NCBI GenBank assembly: GCA_018402365.1
Contig: JAGYJD010000005.1
Location: forward strand, 11,123-75,122
Source of the DNA: Candidatus Nanopelagicales bacterium
GTDB taxonomy: Bacteria > Actinomycetota > Actinomycetes > S36-B12 > UBA5976
Length of the DNA stretch: 64,000 bases
Direction of reading: 5' to 3'
The position numbers and the translations under genes were made by a program. This document shows positions 37,765 through 46,567 of the stretch, one piece after another (the first letter of the stretch is position 1; every line of letters begins with the position of its first letter). Under the pieces are notes generated by a model. That model made no database searches, was not told the origin of the DNA, and saw nothing but the letters and a program-made list of their open reading frames with translations.

Positions 37765-38505
37765 CTAAAGTTTAGAGAACTCTAGAGATTTGACTAAGTG
37801 CTCTATTCCGGCGGTGAGAGCCCTTTTTGAATAATCATCCTTAGCTCGCTCCCCACTAATTCCGATCGAAATGCTGTCATTGCTATCTGGCAAAAAGATG
37901 GCCTTGGCAAGGCATTGCACTCCCACTAAGTATTCGCCATCGTCCACCGCAAAATCACAACTTGCTTCAATACTTTTTTGTAATTGGTCTTTTTGAGTGA
38001 TAGTTTTTTCGGTCAAAGAATTGAGTTTGTGCCCAGCTAGATAATCCTGCAATTGTGCTTCTGGCAAAGAGGCCAAGGTTGCCTTACCCAACGCGGTGGC
38101 ATGCGCCGCTTCATCTAACTCAACCCACAATTCAATTTTTTTGGCCTCGGGATGTTCCACCATCTCTACCAAGCTCATTTTTCCTTCGTGATACAAAGAT
38201 AAAAATACGGAGCAATTCGTATACAGTGCCAAACTTTCTAAAATAGGACGGGCTTTCATCGCCAGATTATTTTGAAATTTGACACTAGTTACAGCATTTA
38301 ATCTAGGACCAAGTGAATACTCGCCGCTCTTATCTTTAATCAAGTATCCGTCGTGTACCAAAGTTCGTAGCAAATGATAAACAGTTGAAAGTTCTAAACG
38401 AGTTTGATGAGCAATTTTTTTGGCGCTGACCGGCAGGATTTCACCCGCGACACATTCGACTACTCGCATCGCGCGCTGGACAGACTGAATTAGGGTCTCT
38501 GCCAC
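37765..38505 (-). CDS. IclR-family transcriptional regulator
   Basis: N-terminal winged HTH (SAKKIAHQTRLELSTVYHLLRTLVHDGYL) and a C-terminal IclR effector domain. 246 aa. Confidence 0.85.
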   Translation of the reverse strand: MAETLIQSVQRAMRVVECVAGEILPVSAKKIAHQTRLELSTVYHLLRTLVHDGYLIKDKSGEYSLGPRLNAVTSVKFQNNLAMKARPILESLALYTNCSVFLSLYHEGKMSLVEMVEHPEAKKIELWVELDEAAHATALGKATLASLPEAQLQDYLAGHKLNSLTEKTITQKDQLQKSIEASCDFAVDDGEYLVGVQCLAKAIFLPDSNDSISIGISGERAKDDYSKRALTAGIEHLVKSLEFSKL

Positions 38506-38647
38506 ATCACCCCCAACAGGTAACCTAAAAACTTAGCAAAACTTGTGCCCCCTGACTACCCCCCAAAAGTGAAGCATTTTCACCATTTGAAATCACAAAT
38601 CTCAAAAGCACTTAACAGGTGGGGCTTTTTGCTGGTTACATTTGTAG

Positions 38648-39286
38648 ATGATCACTGTAATTCCTGAGGCACTGTTAATCCCAGCGGGTAGCTACTTTAT
38701 TAGCGATTCGGACCAGAAACAGGAGGAGCCGACAGAATTTCGAATCAGTAAAAACTTAATTACCAACTCTGACTTTTATCAATACGTGGACGACACTTCT
38801 AGTCACAAAAAGTTCCCACTTCATGAACAAATTCGCGAAATTTCTCACTTCGATGATTTTCCGGTAGTGAATTTAGATTGGTATCAAGTACTCAACTACT
38901 GCAAGTGGCTTGGTGAAAAAACTTCTCTAAATATTGATTTACCTACCGAACGTCAATGGGAACGAGCTGCTCGAGGATTTGACGGTTCGCTCTATCCATG
39001 GGGTGATTTTTACGAACCAGAACGCTCCCCTTCTTTGGACGCTCAATCAATGTCAGCTGTACCAATAGGTAGTTATTTAACTGGCGCCTCACAATTCGGA
39101 GTTTTGGACCTAACCGGCAACGTCTGGCAATGGACCAAAGATAAAACCCAATCAGAAGAAATAGTTTTGAAAGGAGGCTGCTGGCTAGATGCGGCATGGG
39201 GTTTAAGAACTAATCGCTTTTTACTCGCTGATCCAAATCTGGCAACTAACACCACAGGATTTCGATTCGTAATCAACGAAAGGTGA
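38648..39286 (+). CDS. short formylglycine-generating-enzyme (SUMF1/EgtB/PvdO) family domain protein
   Basis: PVVNLDWYQVLNYCKWLG, LPTERQWERAARG, YPWG, GNVWQWT, LKGGCW and GFRFV follow the FGE-sulfatase fold motif order. It is only 212 aa. Confidence 0.75.
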   Translation: MITVIPEALLIPAGSYFISDSDQKQEEPTEFRISKNLITNSDFYQYVDDTSSHKKFPLHEQIREISHFDDFPVVNLDWYQVLNYCKWLGEKTSLNIDLPTERQWERAARGFDGSLYPWGDFYEPERSPSLDAQSMSAVPIGSYLTGASQFGVLDLTGNVWQWTKDKTQSEEIVLKGGCWLDAAWGLRTNRFLLADPNLATNTTGFRFVINER

Positions 39287-39289
39287 TAA

Positions 39290-39688
39290 ATGATCGAAGT
39301 AACAGTAGAAGATGTTTGGAAGTCATTAAAAACGGTTTACGATCCATGTTGCGCTGATCGCGGTATCAGCGTGGTTGACATGGGTGTAGCAGAAGACGTC
39401 ACAATCGATAATGACGGAACCATCCGAGTTAAGTTGGTACTTACAACCGGCTGGTGTCCGTTCGTCTCGAGTATGGAAGACGCTATTCCTGCAAAACTAA
39501 AAGAAGATTTTGGTGCAGAAAAAGTTATTGTGGAATCCGTTTGGGATCCCGTCTGGACTACAGATCGACTATCGGAATTCGCTAAAGAGAAGCTCTCTAT
39601 GCCCCTTGAGCAACTCTTGCCGCTGCGTGAAGCGCGAATCAAACAAGAGAAAGCGAATGCAAATAACGAAAGTGAGGTAGCAGTATGA
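39290..39688 (+). CDS. DUF59 (SufT/PaaD-like metal-sulfur cluster assembly) family protein, variant motif
   Basis: VYDPCCADRGISVVDMGV and LTTGWCPF correspond to the DUF59 DPE...DLG and T..CP motifs. Starts 3 nt after the FGE-like stop. Confidence 0.65.
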   Translation: MIEVTVEDVWKSLKTVYDPCCADRGISVVDMGVAEDVTIDNDGTIRVKLVLTTGWCPFVSSMEDAIPAKLKEDFGAEKVIVESVWDPVWTTDRLSEFAKEKLSMPLEQLLPLREARIKQEKANANNESEVAV

Positions 39689-40722
39689 CCGCATTGTTCC
39701 CAGGAGCGAAAACTCGCGGCAAAGGTTCTGTGCCGGCGTTTGTCTTTGACGGAGTTTGTCACCTTTTTAACTTCGACAAAAAGAACGCACTCGGCGGACC
39801 AGGTGAAATGTTTGACGAGCACCTCTATGCCTTTCATATGTTTATGACACGTGAGGGTGAGCGAATTCTCTCGCGCGAAGAATTCTTCAAAGAGTGGAGC
39901 GTTGACGAAATCGCTGAGATGGTGTTTGAGCAATCAGATACCGACATGATTGTGGCGCAACCTTTACCACTAACCGACCTGTTTCATGACGGGCTTTCCC
40001 CTTGGGAGAAGTGTGCCCAGATGGCAGCAAAGCACCCAGACAAAGCAGTTTGGTGGGGTTCGGTAAATCCGCTGGAAGGTAAAAAAGCAATCGACTTAAT
40101 GACCAAACAAGTCGAAGAGTATGGAGCGAAAGGATTTAAGTTCTATAACGTTCGCTACGACTACGGTCAACCCTTCCCTTGGAGAATGGATGATCCAAGA
40201 GTTGCCTTTCCAATTTTTGAGCACGCACAAAAATTGGGAATCAACTTGATCGGTGTTCACAAAGGTGTGCCACTTGGCCCACAACCAATCGAACACACCA
40301 GAACATTCGACATGGACGGAGCCGCAGCAAACTTTCCGGACATCAACTTTGTGATCTTCCACGTTGGTCTGCCATGGCTAGATGAAACGCTTTGGCAAAT
40401 CATCAGGTTCCCTAACCTCTACGCTTCAATTGCCGCAACGGTGAACTTTATCTCGCGTCAACCGCGAGTGTTTGCCGAAATCATGGGCAAGTTGATGTGG
40501 TGGGCCGGTGAAGACAAGATCCTCTTTGGTGGTGAATCACCAATTTGGCATCCGCAGTGGGCGTTAGAAGAATTCTGGAACTTCCAGCTACCAGAAGATA
40601 TCGTCGCCGAACGCGGATACCCACAACTAACCGAACAAGCAAAGCGCAAGATCTTGGGTGAAAACCTACTTCGCTTGCACGGTATGGATGTAGAAAAAAC
40701 TAAGAAGAAATTCGGGTACTAA
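39685..40722 (+). CDS. amidohydrolase-2 (ACMSD/LigI/LigW-type TIM-barrel hydrolase or decarboxylase) family protein
   Basis: 345 aa, FDGVCHLF N-terminal strand, GFKFY, IGVHKG, VIFHVG, ILFGGESP and the terminal KILGENLLRL pattern. ATGA overlap with the DUF59 gene. Confidence 0.65.
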   Translation: MTALFPGAKTRGKGSVPAFVFDGVCHLFNFDKKNALGGPGEMFDEHLYAFHMFMTREGERILSREEFFKEWSVDEIAEMVFEQSDTDMIVAQPLPLTDLFHDGLSPWEKCAQMAAKHPDKAVWWGSVNPLEGKKAIDLMTKQVEEYGAKGFKFYNVRYDYGQPFPWRMDDPRVAFPIFEHAQKLGINLIGVHKGVPLGPQPIEHTRTFDMDGAAANFPDINFVIFHVGLPWLDETLWQIIRFPNLYASIAATVNFISRQPRVFAEIMGKLMWWAGEDKILFGGESPIWHPQWALEEFWNFQLPEDIVAERGYPQLTEQAKRKILGENLLRLHGMDVEKTKKKFGY

Positions 40723-40735
40723 ACCCGAAACCAAT

Positions 40736-40770
40736 AAAAGAACCCTCACAGCTACGTGAGGGTTCTTTCT
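40736..40770. terminator. bidirectional intrinsic terminator between the convergent amidohydrolase and thyX genes
   Basis: AAAA-GAACCCTCAC-agctac-GTGAGGGTTC-TTTCT: a perfect 10-bp GC-rich stem flanked by an A-run and a T-run. Confidence 0.8.
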
Positions 40771-40772
40771 AA

Positions 40773-41486
40773 TTAAGGCGAAACTCTTTTATTAGCCACA
40801 AAAGCCTCATGGGTTATCGGCATCACTTGGGCAAAGTGCTCTTCATACTTCTCAGCTACCATCTCGATCTCACGCTGCGGATATGACGGAAACAGCGAAT
40901 CCTCATCTTTTTTACGCAATGACAAGAAGTTCATTAAAGCGCGAGCATTCATCGTCACATACGCCGTTGAATAAATAGTTACTGGCAAAACCCCGCGAGC
41001 AACTTCCCTCGCCACACCGGCTGCCAACATCGATTCATACTGTATATATGCAGCTTCACATGATTCTCTAAAAGCCTTATCTGTTACGTCAAACTGCTCT
41101 TTGGTTCCATCTTCAAAGTTATAGGCCCCAGCCTTGCCCACTTGTACTAATTTGCGCTTTTGGTCCGGAACATAAAATTCTGGGTCTAGTACCCGGTATC
41201 TTCCTGATTCTTCGTTATAGCTAGCAACTCGATGGCGCATATGCTCTCGCCACACAAAGATCGGCGCCTTCACATAAAAGGTAAACACCGAATGCTCAAA
41301 AGGTGTGCCGTGACGCTCACGCATCAAAAAGTTAATTAATCCCTTAGATTCGCTGACCGGCCCAACCGACTCTTTGGACCTTTCCCCCGCGGTCGAGACC
41401 CTTGCCGCCCAAACCACATCTTCATCACTGGCCGAATGCTTGACCAACTCAACTGTCACATCGGATCTGAATTTAATCTCGCTCAT
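40773..41486 (-). CDS. thyX: FAD-dependent thymidylate synthase
   Basis: ThyX motif RHRxxSxxxxSxRY is present as MRHRVASYNEESGRY. 237 aa. Confidence 0.95.
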   Translation of the reverse strand: MSEIKFRSDVTVELVKHSASDEDVVWAARVSTAGERSKESVGPVSESKGLINFLMRERHGTPFEHSVFTFYVKAPIFVWREHMRHRVASYNEESGRYRVLDPEFYVPDQKRKLVQVGKAGAYNFEDGTKEQFDVTDKAFRESCEAAYIQYESMLAAGVAREVARGVLPVTIYSTAYVTMNARALMNFLSLRKKDEDSLFPSYPQREIEMVAEKYEEHFAQVMPITHEAFVANKRVSP

Positions 41487-41647
41487 ATCGAGCCAACCTT
41501 AGTTGCTCTTTGAGGCATCCGAACACATCGACACAACCTCTCCAGTTGCCTTGACTTTGCTTCACAAATTCAGCCTTATCCTCGCGGTGAACCGTAAATT
41601 CTGTGGATAACTCAGAGAGCAAAATCAGATTATGATGAGTACTCACC

Positions 41648-42325
41648 ATGCACCTGAAATATATCTTTTTTGACGTCAACGAAACCCTTACCGACTTTTC
41701 TCAACTCTCAAAGGCTATGGGAGAGCTTGGCTTGTCGAATTCAGATATGCAACTTTGGTTTTCGCGAGTATTACGTGATGGATTTGCCATCACCTTGACC
41801 AATCAGCCAGTCAACTTTGCGCAAACAGCAGAAGTAGCCTTAGCCAATTTATTGCAAGAGCGCAATCTAAGTGTTACCCCAGATCAAATCACCCGAACCA
41901 TAAAACAAATTGCTCAATTGCCCGCCCAAAAAGGTGTGGCAGAAGCTTTCGCTCAATTAAAAGATCTAAATCTCACTCTCTCAACTTTAACCAATGGCTC
42001 AACTGCTGCAGCAGAATTTATTTTTAATCAACTAGAAATTAATCATTTAGTCTCTAATATTTTAAGCGTGCAAGATAATGCTAAATGGAAACCTCACCTG
42101 GAGGCTTATCAATTTGCGCTAAGCAAAACTGGCGCCAGTGCTAAAGAGTCAGCCCTAGTGGCAGTACACCCTTGGGATATTCATGGTGCTAATCAAGCGG
42201 GCTTAAGCACAGTTTGGATAAACAGAAAACAACTCACCTACCCCAGCTATTTTTCACCACCAACTGCGAGCATTACTGAATTCTCTGACCTCGCTAAAGC
42301 ACTTTCTGAAATAAAACCTAACTAA
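41648..42325 (+). CDS. HAD-superfamily hydrolase, haloacid dehalogenase type II-like
   Basis: FFDVNETL (DxxxT motif I), TLTNGS (motif II), a late K...H/D region. 225 aa. Confidence 0.7.
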   Translation: MHLKYIFFDVNETLTDFSQLSKAMGELGLSNSDMQLWFSRVLRDGFAITLTNQPVNFAQTAEVALANLLQERNLSVTPDQITRTIKQIAQLPAQKGVAEAFAQLKDLNLTLSTLTNGSTAAAEFIFNQLEINHLVSNILSVQDNAKWKPHLEAYQFALSKTGASAKESALVAVHPWDIHGANQAGLSTVWINRKQLTYPSYFSPPTASITEFSDLAKALSEIKPN

Positions 42326-42327
42326 AA

Positions 42328-42999
42328 ATGCTCAAAACAACTAAAGCGCTATTAATCGCCTCACACTTTATCCCCACCATGCTGGTGAGCACCATTTCAT
42401 TTCTTATTTCACTCATTCACTTCTCGCCCTCGCAATCAGCACAAATAGCACTAGCCATCTTTGCTGGCCAACTAGTAGTTGGTTGGAGTAATGACCTACT
42501 TGATTACCCACTCGATTTAGCTGCCTATCGCACCCATAAACCATTAGTAGCAAATCAAATTACCCCAAATTTTTTAAAAAAATCCATATACATCGCACTC
42601 TTTGCCGCGCTTGGCTTATCGCTACTTAGCCCACTAGGGCTGATCGGAACGTTGATTCATTTCTTAGGTATCTTTAGCGCAACTTTATATAACTTAAAAT
42701 TAAAAGCTACCATTTACTCACCACTGCCGTATATCTTTTCTTTTGCTGCGTTACCCTGGGCGATTTATCTCGCCGCTAGCGAAACTCCTCCGCTTTGGCT
42801 CTACCTGGCATTTGCGCTGTTTGCTACCGCCTTTCACTTTTTAAACGTCTTAAAGGATTTATCTTGGGACCTCTCACAAAATGTCTTAGGGCTACCGCAG
42901 CGAATCGGGCGCATAAATAGCATTCTTATTGCAATCAGCTGCACCATGGCAGGTTTGATCACCTTGATTATTTATGCCCCTTCTCTGCTTGAGGCATAA
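42328..42999 (+). CDS. compact UbiA-family prenyltransferase
   Basis: WSNDLLDYPLD (NDxxDxxxD) and a second KDLSWDLSQNVLGLPQRIG motif. Polytopic, 223 aa. Starts 2 nt after the HAD stop. Confidence 0.65.
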   Translation: MLKTTKALLIASHFIPTMLVSTISFLISLIHFSPSQSAQIALAIFAGQLVVGWSNDLLDYPLDLAAYRTHKPLVANQITPNFLKKSIYIALFAALGLSLLSPLGLIGTLIHFLGIFSATLYNLKLKATIYSPLPYIFSFAALPWAIYLAASETPPLWLYLAFALFATAFHFLNVLKDLSWDLSQNVLGLPQRIGRINSILIAISCTMAGLITLIIYAPSLLEA

Positions 43000-43086
43000 T
43001 TAAAATTTAACTAGTCACCAAACAGCTTTTTTTGCCACACTCGGTTGTTATTTATACTTTGTTCAATTAGAGTCTTATAGATACAT

Positions 43087-43338
43087 ATGGAGAGGATGTC
43101 ACCTACCATGCAAAAAGCCTCACTCAACAAATTAGCCGTTGCGTCATTTGTGCTTTCCCTACTTTTCTTCACTTTCATCGCGGCAATCATGGGACATATC
43201 GCTTTGAGGCAAATTAAAAAAACTGGGCAACGCGGACGTGCTTTGGCGCTCGCTGGCGTGATTATAGGTTGGCTGGGCACTATTTTGATTGTGTCGTTAA
43301 TCGCGTTTGTGATGTCTCCGTTCTTTTCATTCACCTAA
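43087..43338 (+). CDS. DUF4190-like small membrane protein
   Basis: NKLAVASFVLSLL...AAIMGHIALRQIKKTGQRGRALALAGVIIGW matches the DUF4190 pattern. The overlapping minus-strand ORF 43011..43334 was rejected. Confidence 0.65.
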   Translation: MERMSPTMQKASLNKLAVASFVLSLLFFTFIAAIMGHIALRQIKKTGQRGRALALAGVIIGWLGTILIVSLIAFVMSPFFSFT

Positions 43339-43392
43339 AATCCGTCCCGCTGGCCAAGCATTACTTCGGTATTTTTTGAGAGCAGAGAAAGA

Positions 43393-44019
43393 TTAAATTT
43401 CACTAGCTTTTAGAGTAGTTACAGCTAAAGCAAGTTCAGCCAAAGGATGAAGATTTTCTTTTGTGGCAACTATTTCTTTACAGCCAATAAATTTAACGGC
43501 CTCATTTATAGCCGGAACCGTCGGAGCGTTGACAACAAATAAAGAGTCTTTTAATTTTGAATTTGACCTCATTGCCACGAAACCTAAAGCGATTGCCCCT
43601 GGCCCAACTAATATTGTTCTGATATTTTTTTGGGCAAAGCCTTCTAAGGCAGTAAATAATTCAAAGGCAGATGAGCCTAAAGTTTTACTTATCACTTCTT
43701 GCGTATCTGACCTGATAGCTCTCGCTAACACCAATAAATCTCGCAGCGCAGCTACATCCTTGACCCATTGCTGGTCTTCGCCAGCCTTAGATTTACCTAA
43801 CAGAGAAGCAGCATCAATGCCCAGAAAACAACCAATTAATCCACTGGCCGACACTATGTCGCTAGGGGCATAGAGGCCGACAAGTGAATCGTTGGCTTCA
43901 AGTGAGTTATCAAAATCATCTGTTGAGCCAGTCTTTTTGTGTTCAATAGAAATTGGAGTCAAATCAGACCAATTAATTTCGGTGTTATCAAAGCCAAGGG
44001 CCAGGACTGAATTAATCAC
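43393..44019 (-). CDS. hypothetical protein
   Basis: 208-aa ORF with a GTG start and no internal stops. I recognise no motif. Confidence 0.4.
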   Translation of the reverse strand: MINSVLALGFDNTEINWSDLTPISIEHKKTGSTDDFDNSLEANDSLVGLYAPSDIVSASGLIGCFLGIDAASLLGKSKAGEDQQWVKDVAALRDLLVLARAIRSDTQEVISKTLGSSAFELFTALEGFAQKNIRTILVGPGAIALGFVAMRSNSKLKDSLFVVNAPTVPAINEAVKFIGCKEIVATKENLHPLAELALAVTTLKASEI

Positions 44020-44115
44020 GAAGTAAAGAATACCGCTTATAAAGGATTGGTTTTGTCGGTCATCGGTCCACTTGCCCTTTACTGCCGGTTTAAAAGCGAA
44101 AGCTAGAAAGGTATT

Positions 44116-45276
44116 TTAATATTCCTCTTCGTAAGTCTTAGCCAACTGTTGTATCGATGATCTATAGCCAAGTGAGAAGAATATTAAACATAATCCTGCC
44201 GGTATCATCATTAGTAGTGGTGCAAATTCCACACCAACGATGTTCATGTAGCTACCGATTAAGTACGGAAAAATCATTGACCCAGATATTGAGGCAAAGA
44301 AAACAAGGCCAGCAATTCGAGCATTACCAGGACTGATTTTAACTACCCAAGCAAATGCCATAGGAAACACTGGGGCGCAAGCAATACCAAGTAAAATTAT
44401 GGCAGTCCAATAAAAATTAGTCGCGTAAAGTAAAACTAGCGTCGGAATAAAACAAAATACCGAAACTAAAGTTAAGACACCAAAATTGATGCGATCAATG
44501 TATTTAAGAATCACTAATCGAACCAGCAGTAAGACTGCGAAAAATACTGAGACACCCAAAGACGATTTTGAAGTAGACCAACCTTTATCCATTAGATAGG
44601 TAGGAATCCAACCGCTAGCCGCAGTTTCGAGACCTACATAGGTAGTTATTCCCAACAAGAGTAGAACGATTGAAGATTTATGATTGCCAGCTCTTTCAGT
44701 TAATTCTGGTTTGTGAGCAATTTGGCCTTCTGTGTTGAAATAAAAAATCACTGCTGTTAATAACGCAGCAAATACGAAGAACCCTAACAATAAGACATAA
44801 GCCCGAGTGAGAAATAAACCAAACAGCACAGGCACCACAATGGATGAAAGAGCAAAAGCAATATTATTTTTATTTGTTCTTCTTGCTGCTTCTAGTCCAC
44901 CAACGTCAACTACTAGTTGACTAATTCCAACTTGCGCTGCCCCAAACCCAGCTCCAATAAGCGCAACGCCAAAAAGAGTTATATTCCAATTAGGCGCCAG
45001 CATCAAAACCATAACGCCAATTGCAAAAGAGAGCAGTCCAATGACTCCTGCAACTGCACCTTTTATTTTGTCAACCAAATAGCTAGCAACGAAAACACCA
45101 AAGAGCCCACTTAAACCAGTGAGAGCAAAAAGCCTGCCTGCTATTTCTAAATCGAGTGAGTATTTTTCAACATAATATGGAACCAATACTCCATATCCAG
45201 AAACAAATCCGCCGAGTACACCGATGGTGACAATACCAGCGCGAACACTTTTTTGATTTAGTTTTAAGGAAGACAT
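44116..45276 (-). CDS. MFS transporter
   Basis: 386 aa, about 12 hydrophobic helices, with a central loop between helices 6 and 7. Confidence 0.8.
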   Translation of the reverse strand: MSSLKLNQKSVRAGIVTIGVLGGFVSGYGVLVPYYVEKYSLDLEIAGRLFALTGLSGLFGVFVASYLVDKIKGAVAGVIGLLSFAIGVMVLMLAPNWNITLFGVALIGAGFGAAQVGISQLVVDVGGLEAARRTNKNNIAFALSSIVVPVLFGLFLTRAYVLLLGFFVFAALLTAVIFYFNTEGQIAHKPELTERAGNHKSSIVLLLLGITTYVGLETAASGWIPTYLMDKGWSTSKSSLGVSVFFAVLLLVRLVILKYIDRINFGVLTLVSVFCFIPTLVLLYATNFYWTAIILLGIACAPVFPMAFAWVVKISPGNARIAGLVFFASISGSMIFPYLIGSYMNIVGVEFAPLLMMIPAGLCLIFFSLGYRSSIQQLAKTYEEEY

Positions 45277-45487
45277 GAAAACCCACTAGATTTTTTCATG
45301 ACGTGCCACACTCGATTAATAATTCATTGGGTGAAAGGTATGGCAATTTAGGGCTTCTCTCTCAATATCACCGATGCCCGGTGCTGTAGTAAAGATACTA
45401 AAGAGATGCCTCGGTCTAGCCTCACGACTAGCGGTTTACTAACATACAAAAGACTTCAAGAGTAAACGCTAAGGAGAAGCCAGAGCG

Positions 45488-46567
45488 ATGAGCAAAAGAA
45501 CCCCGGTAGCCGTAATTTTAGGTGGTCGCAGCACTGAAAATTATCGCTCTTGCCAGTCGGCTAAAGATGTCATCGATGCCTTAGAGAAAAAGGGTTACGT
45601 AGTTATTGCCTACGGCGTGACTCTAGAGGCGAATTGGATTTCTTTCGGTGATTTGAACGCACTAAAAATTTCTTTGATGAAAGAAACATTTGAACTTACG
45701 GATGAAACAGCTAAAGAAATTGCAAATACTACAGAATCTTTACTACCTCCTACTTCTTTACTTGACGTACCAGTTGTTTTTTCGACGCTAATGGGTGCCT
45801 GGGGGTCTGATGGAACTATTCAAGGGATGTTTGAAACTGGCATAGTTCGATACGTTGGATCAGATACGCTTGGATCTGCAATTTCTAGTGATAAATCAAC
45901 TGCCAAATTATTAATGGAGGCAGTTGAAATTCCGACTCCAAAACATATTGTTATTCCTGATAATGCCTGGAAAAAAGATCCAGCTTCTAGTGTGATGCGG
46001 GCAGCAGTGTTAAAGCTGCCCGGTGTATCAAAACCCGCAAGAGGAAGTAACGGCGTTGGTGTTTCATATATCAAAGTTCCAAGGGACTTTAAAAAAGGAA
46101 TTGATATAGCAAGAAATTTTGATGGAAGAGTAGTGGTTGAGAAGTATCATGAGCCAGCAAGACTTTTTGAATGTAACATCATCGAGGACGAGAATAAGCA
46201 ACGTATTTTAAGTGAAATAATTCAAACTAATTGGAAAGAAGAAGATAAAGTCTTTAATTTTATCTCAAGGTCAGACAAATCCTCTTACTCCTTTGCAAAA
46301 GCAAAAGATTTAAAACCCGAAGTTGTGGCATTAATTCATGAATATGCAAAAAGAACTTTTGAAGTTCTAAAATTATCAGGCTATGCTCAGATTGAATTTA
46401 TGATTGATAAAGAAGACGAATTACTGGTGATAGAAGTAAATAGCCAACCTTATTTTGGAAAAGATGGATCCTTTGCACTTTCTTGGAAACAAGCAGGAAA
46501 GACCTACCCAGAATTAATTGATCTTGTGGTTAAAGAAGCCTTGAAGCGACCAGCGGGACTTACTTAA
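45488..46567 (+). CDS. D-alanine--D-alanine ligase family ATP-grasp enzyme (divergent N-terminus)
   Basis: VAVILGGRSTE..., ATP-grasp core, and C-terminal VIEVNSQPYFGKDGSFALSWKQAGKTYPELIDLV resembling the Ddl EVNTxPG...S...W...G..Y.ELI block. AAGGAGA RBS. Confidence 0.6.
   Translation: MSKRTPVAVILGGRSTENYRSCQSAKDVIDALEKKGYVVIAYGVTLEANWISFGDLNALKISLMKETFELTDETAKEIANTTESLLPPTSLLDVPVVFSTLMGAWGSDGTIQGMFETGIVRYVGSDTLGSAISSDKSTAKLLMEAVEIPTPKHIVIPDNAWKKDPASSVMRAAVLKLPGVSKPARGSNGVGVSYIKVPRDFKKGIDIARNFDGRVVVEKYHEPARLFECNIIEDENKQRILSEIIQTNWKEEDKVFNFISRSDKSSYSFAKAKDLKPEVVALIHEYAKRTFEVLKLSGYAQIEFMIDKEDELLVIEVNSQPYFGKDGSFALSWKQAGKTYPELIDLVVKEALKRPAGLT

Noticed and set aside
39337-39933. 198-aa minus-strand ORF
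   Set aside because: It spans the DUF59/amidohydrolase junction on the opposite strand, and both plus-strand genes have family motifs.
37375-40772. The thyX-dapA insert considered as a mobile element or prophage remnant
   Set aside because: I could recognise no integrase, transposase, tRNA attachment site or flanking direct repeats. It is reported only as a non-mobile accessory insertion.
41473-41679. 68-aa minus-strand ORF upstream of thyX
   Set aside because: It overlaps both the thyX start and the HAD gene start, and has no RBS or motif. It more likely lies in the divergent promoter region.
43011-43334. 107-aa minus-strand ORF
   Set aside because: It overlaps the plus-strand DUF4190-like gene, which has the recognisable family pattern and a sensible TM topology.
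44050-44075. TTGTCGGTC sequence resembling the RecA-NDp upstream element
   Set aside because: The downstream hexamer is ACTTGC, not TAnnnT, and no plus-strand gene follows.
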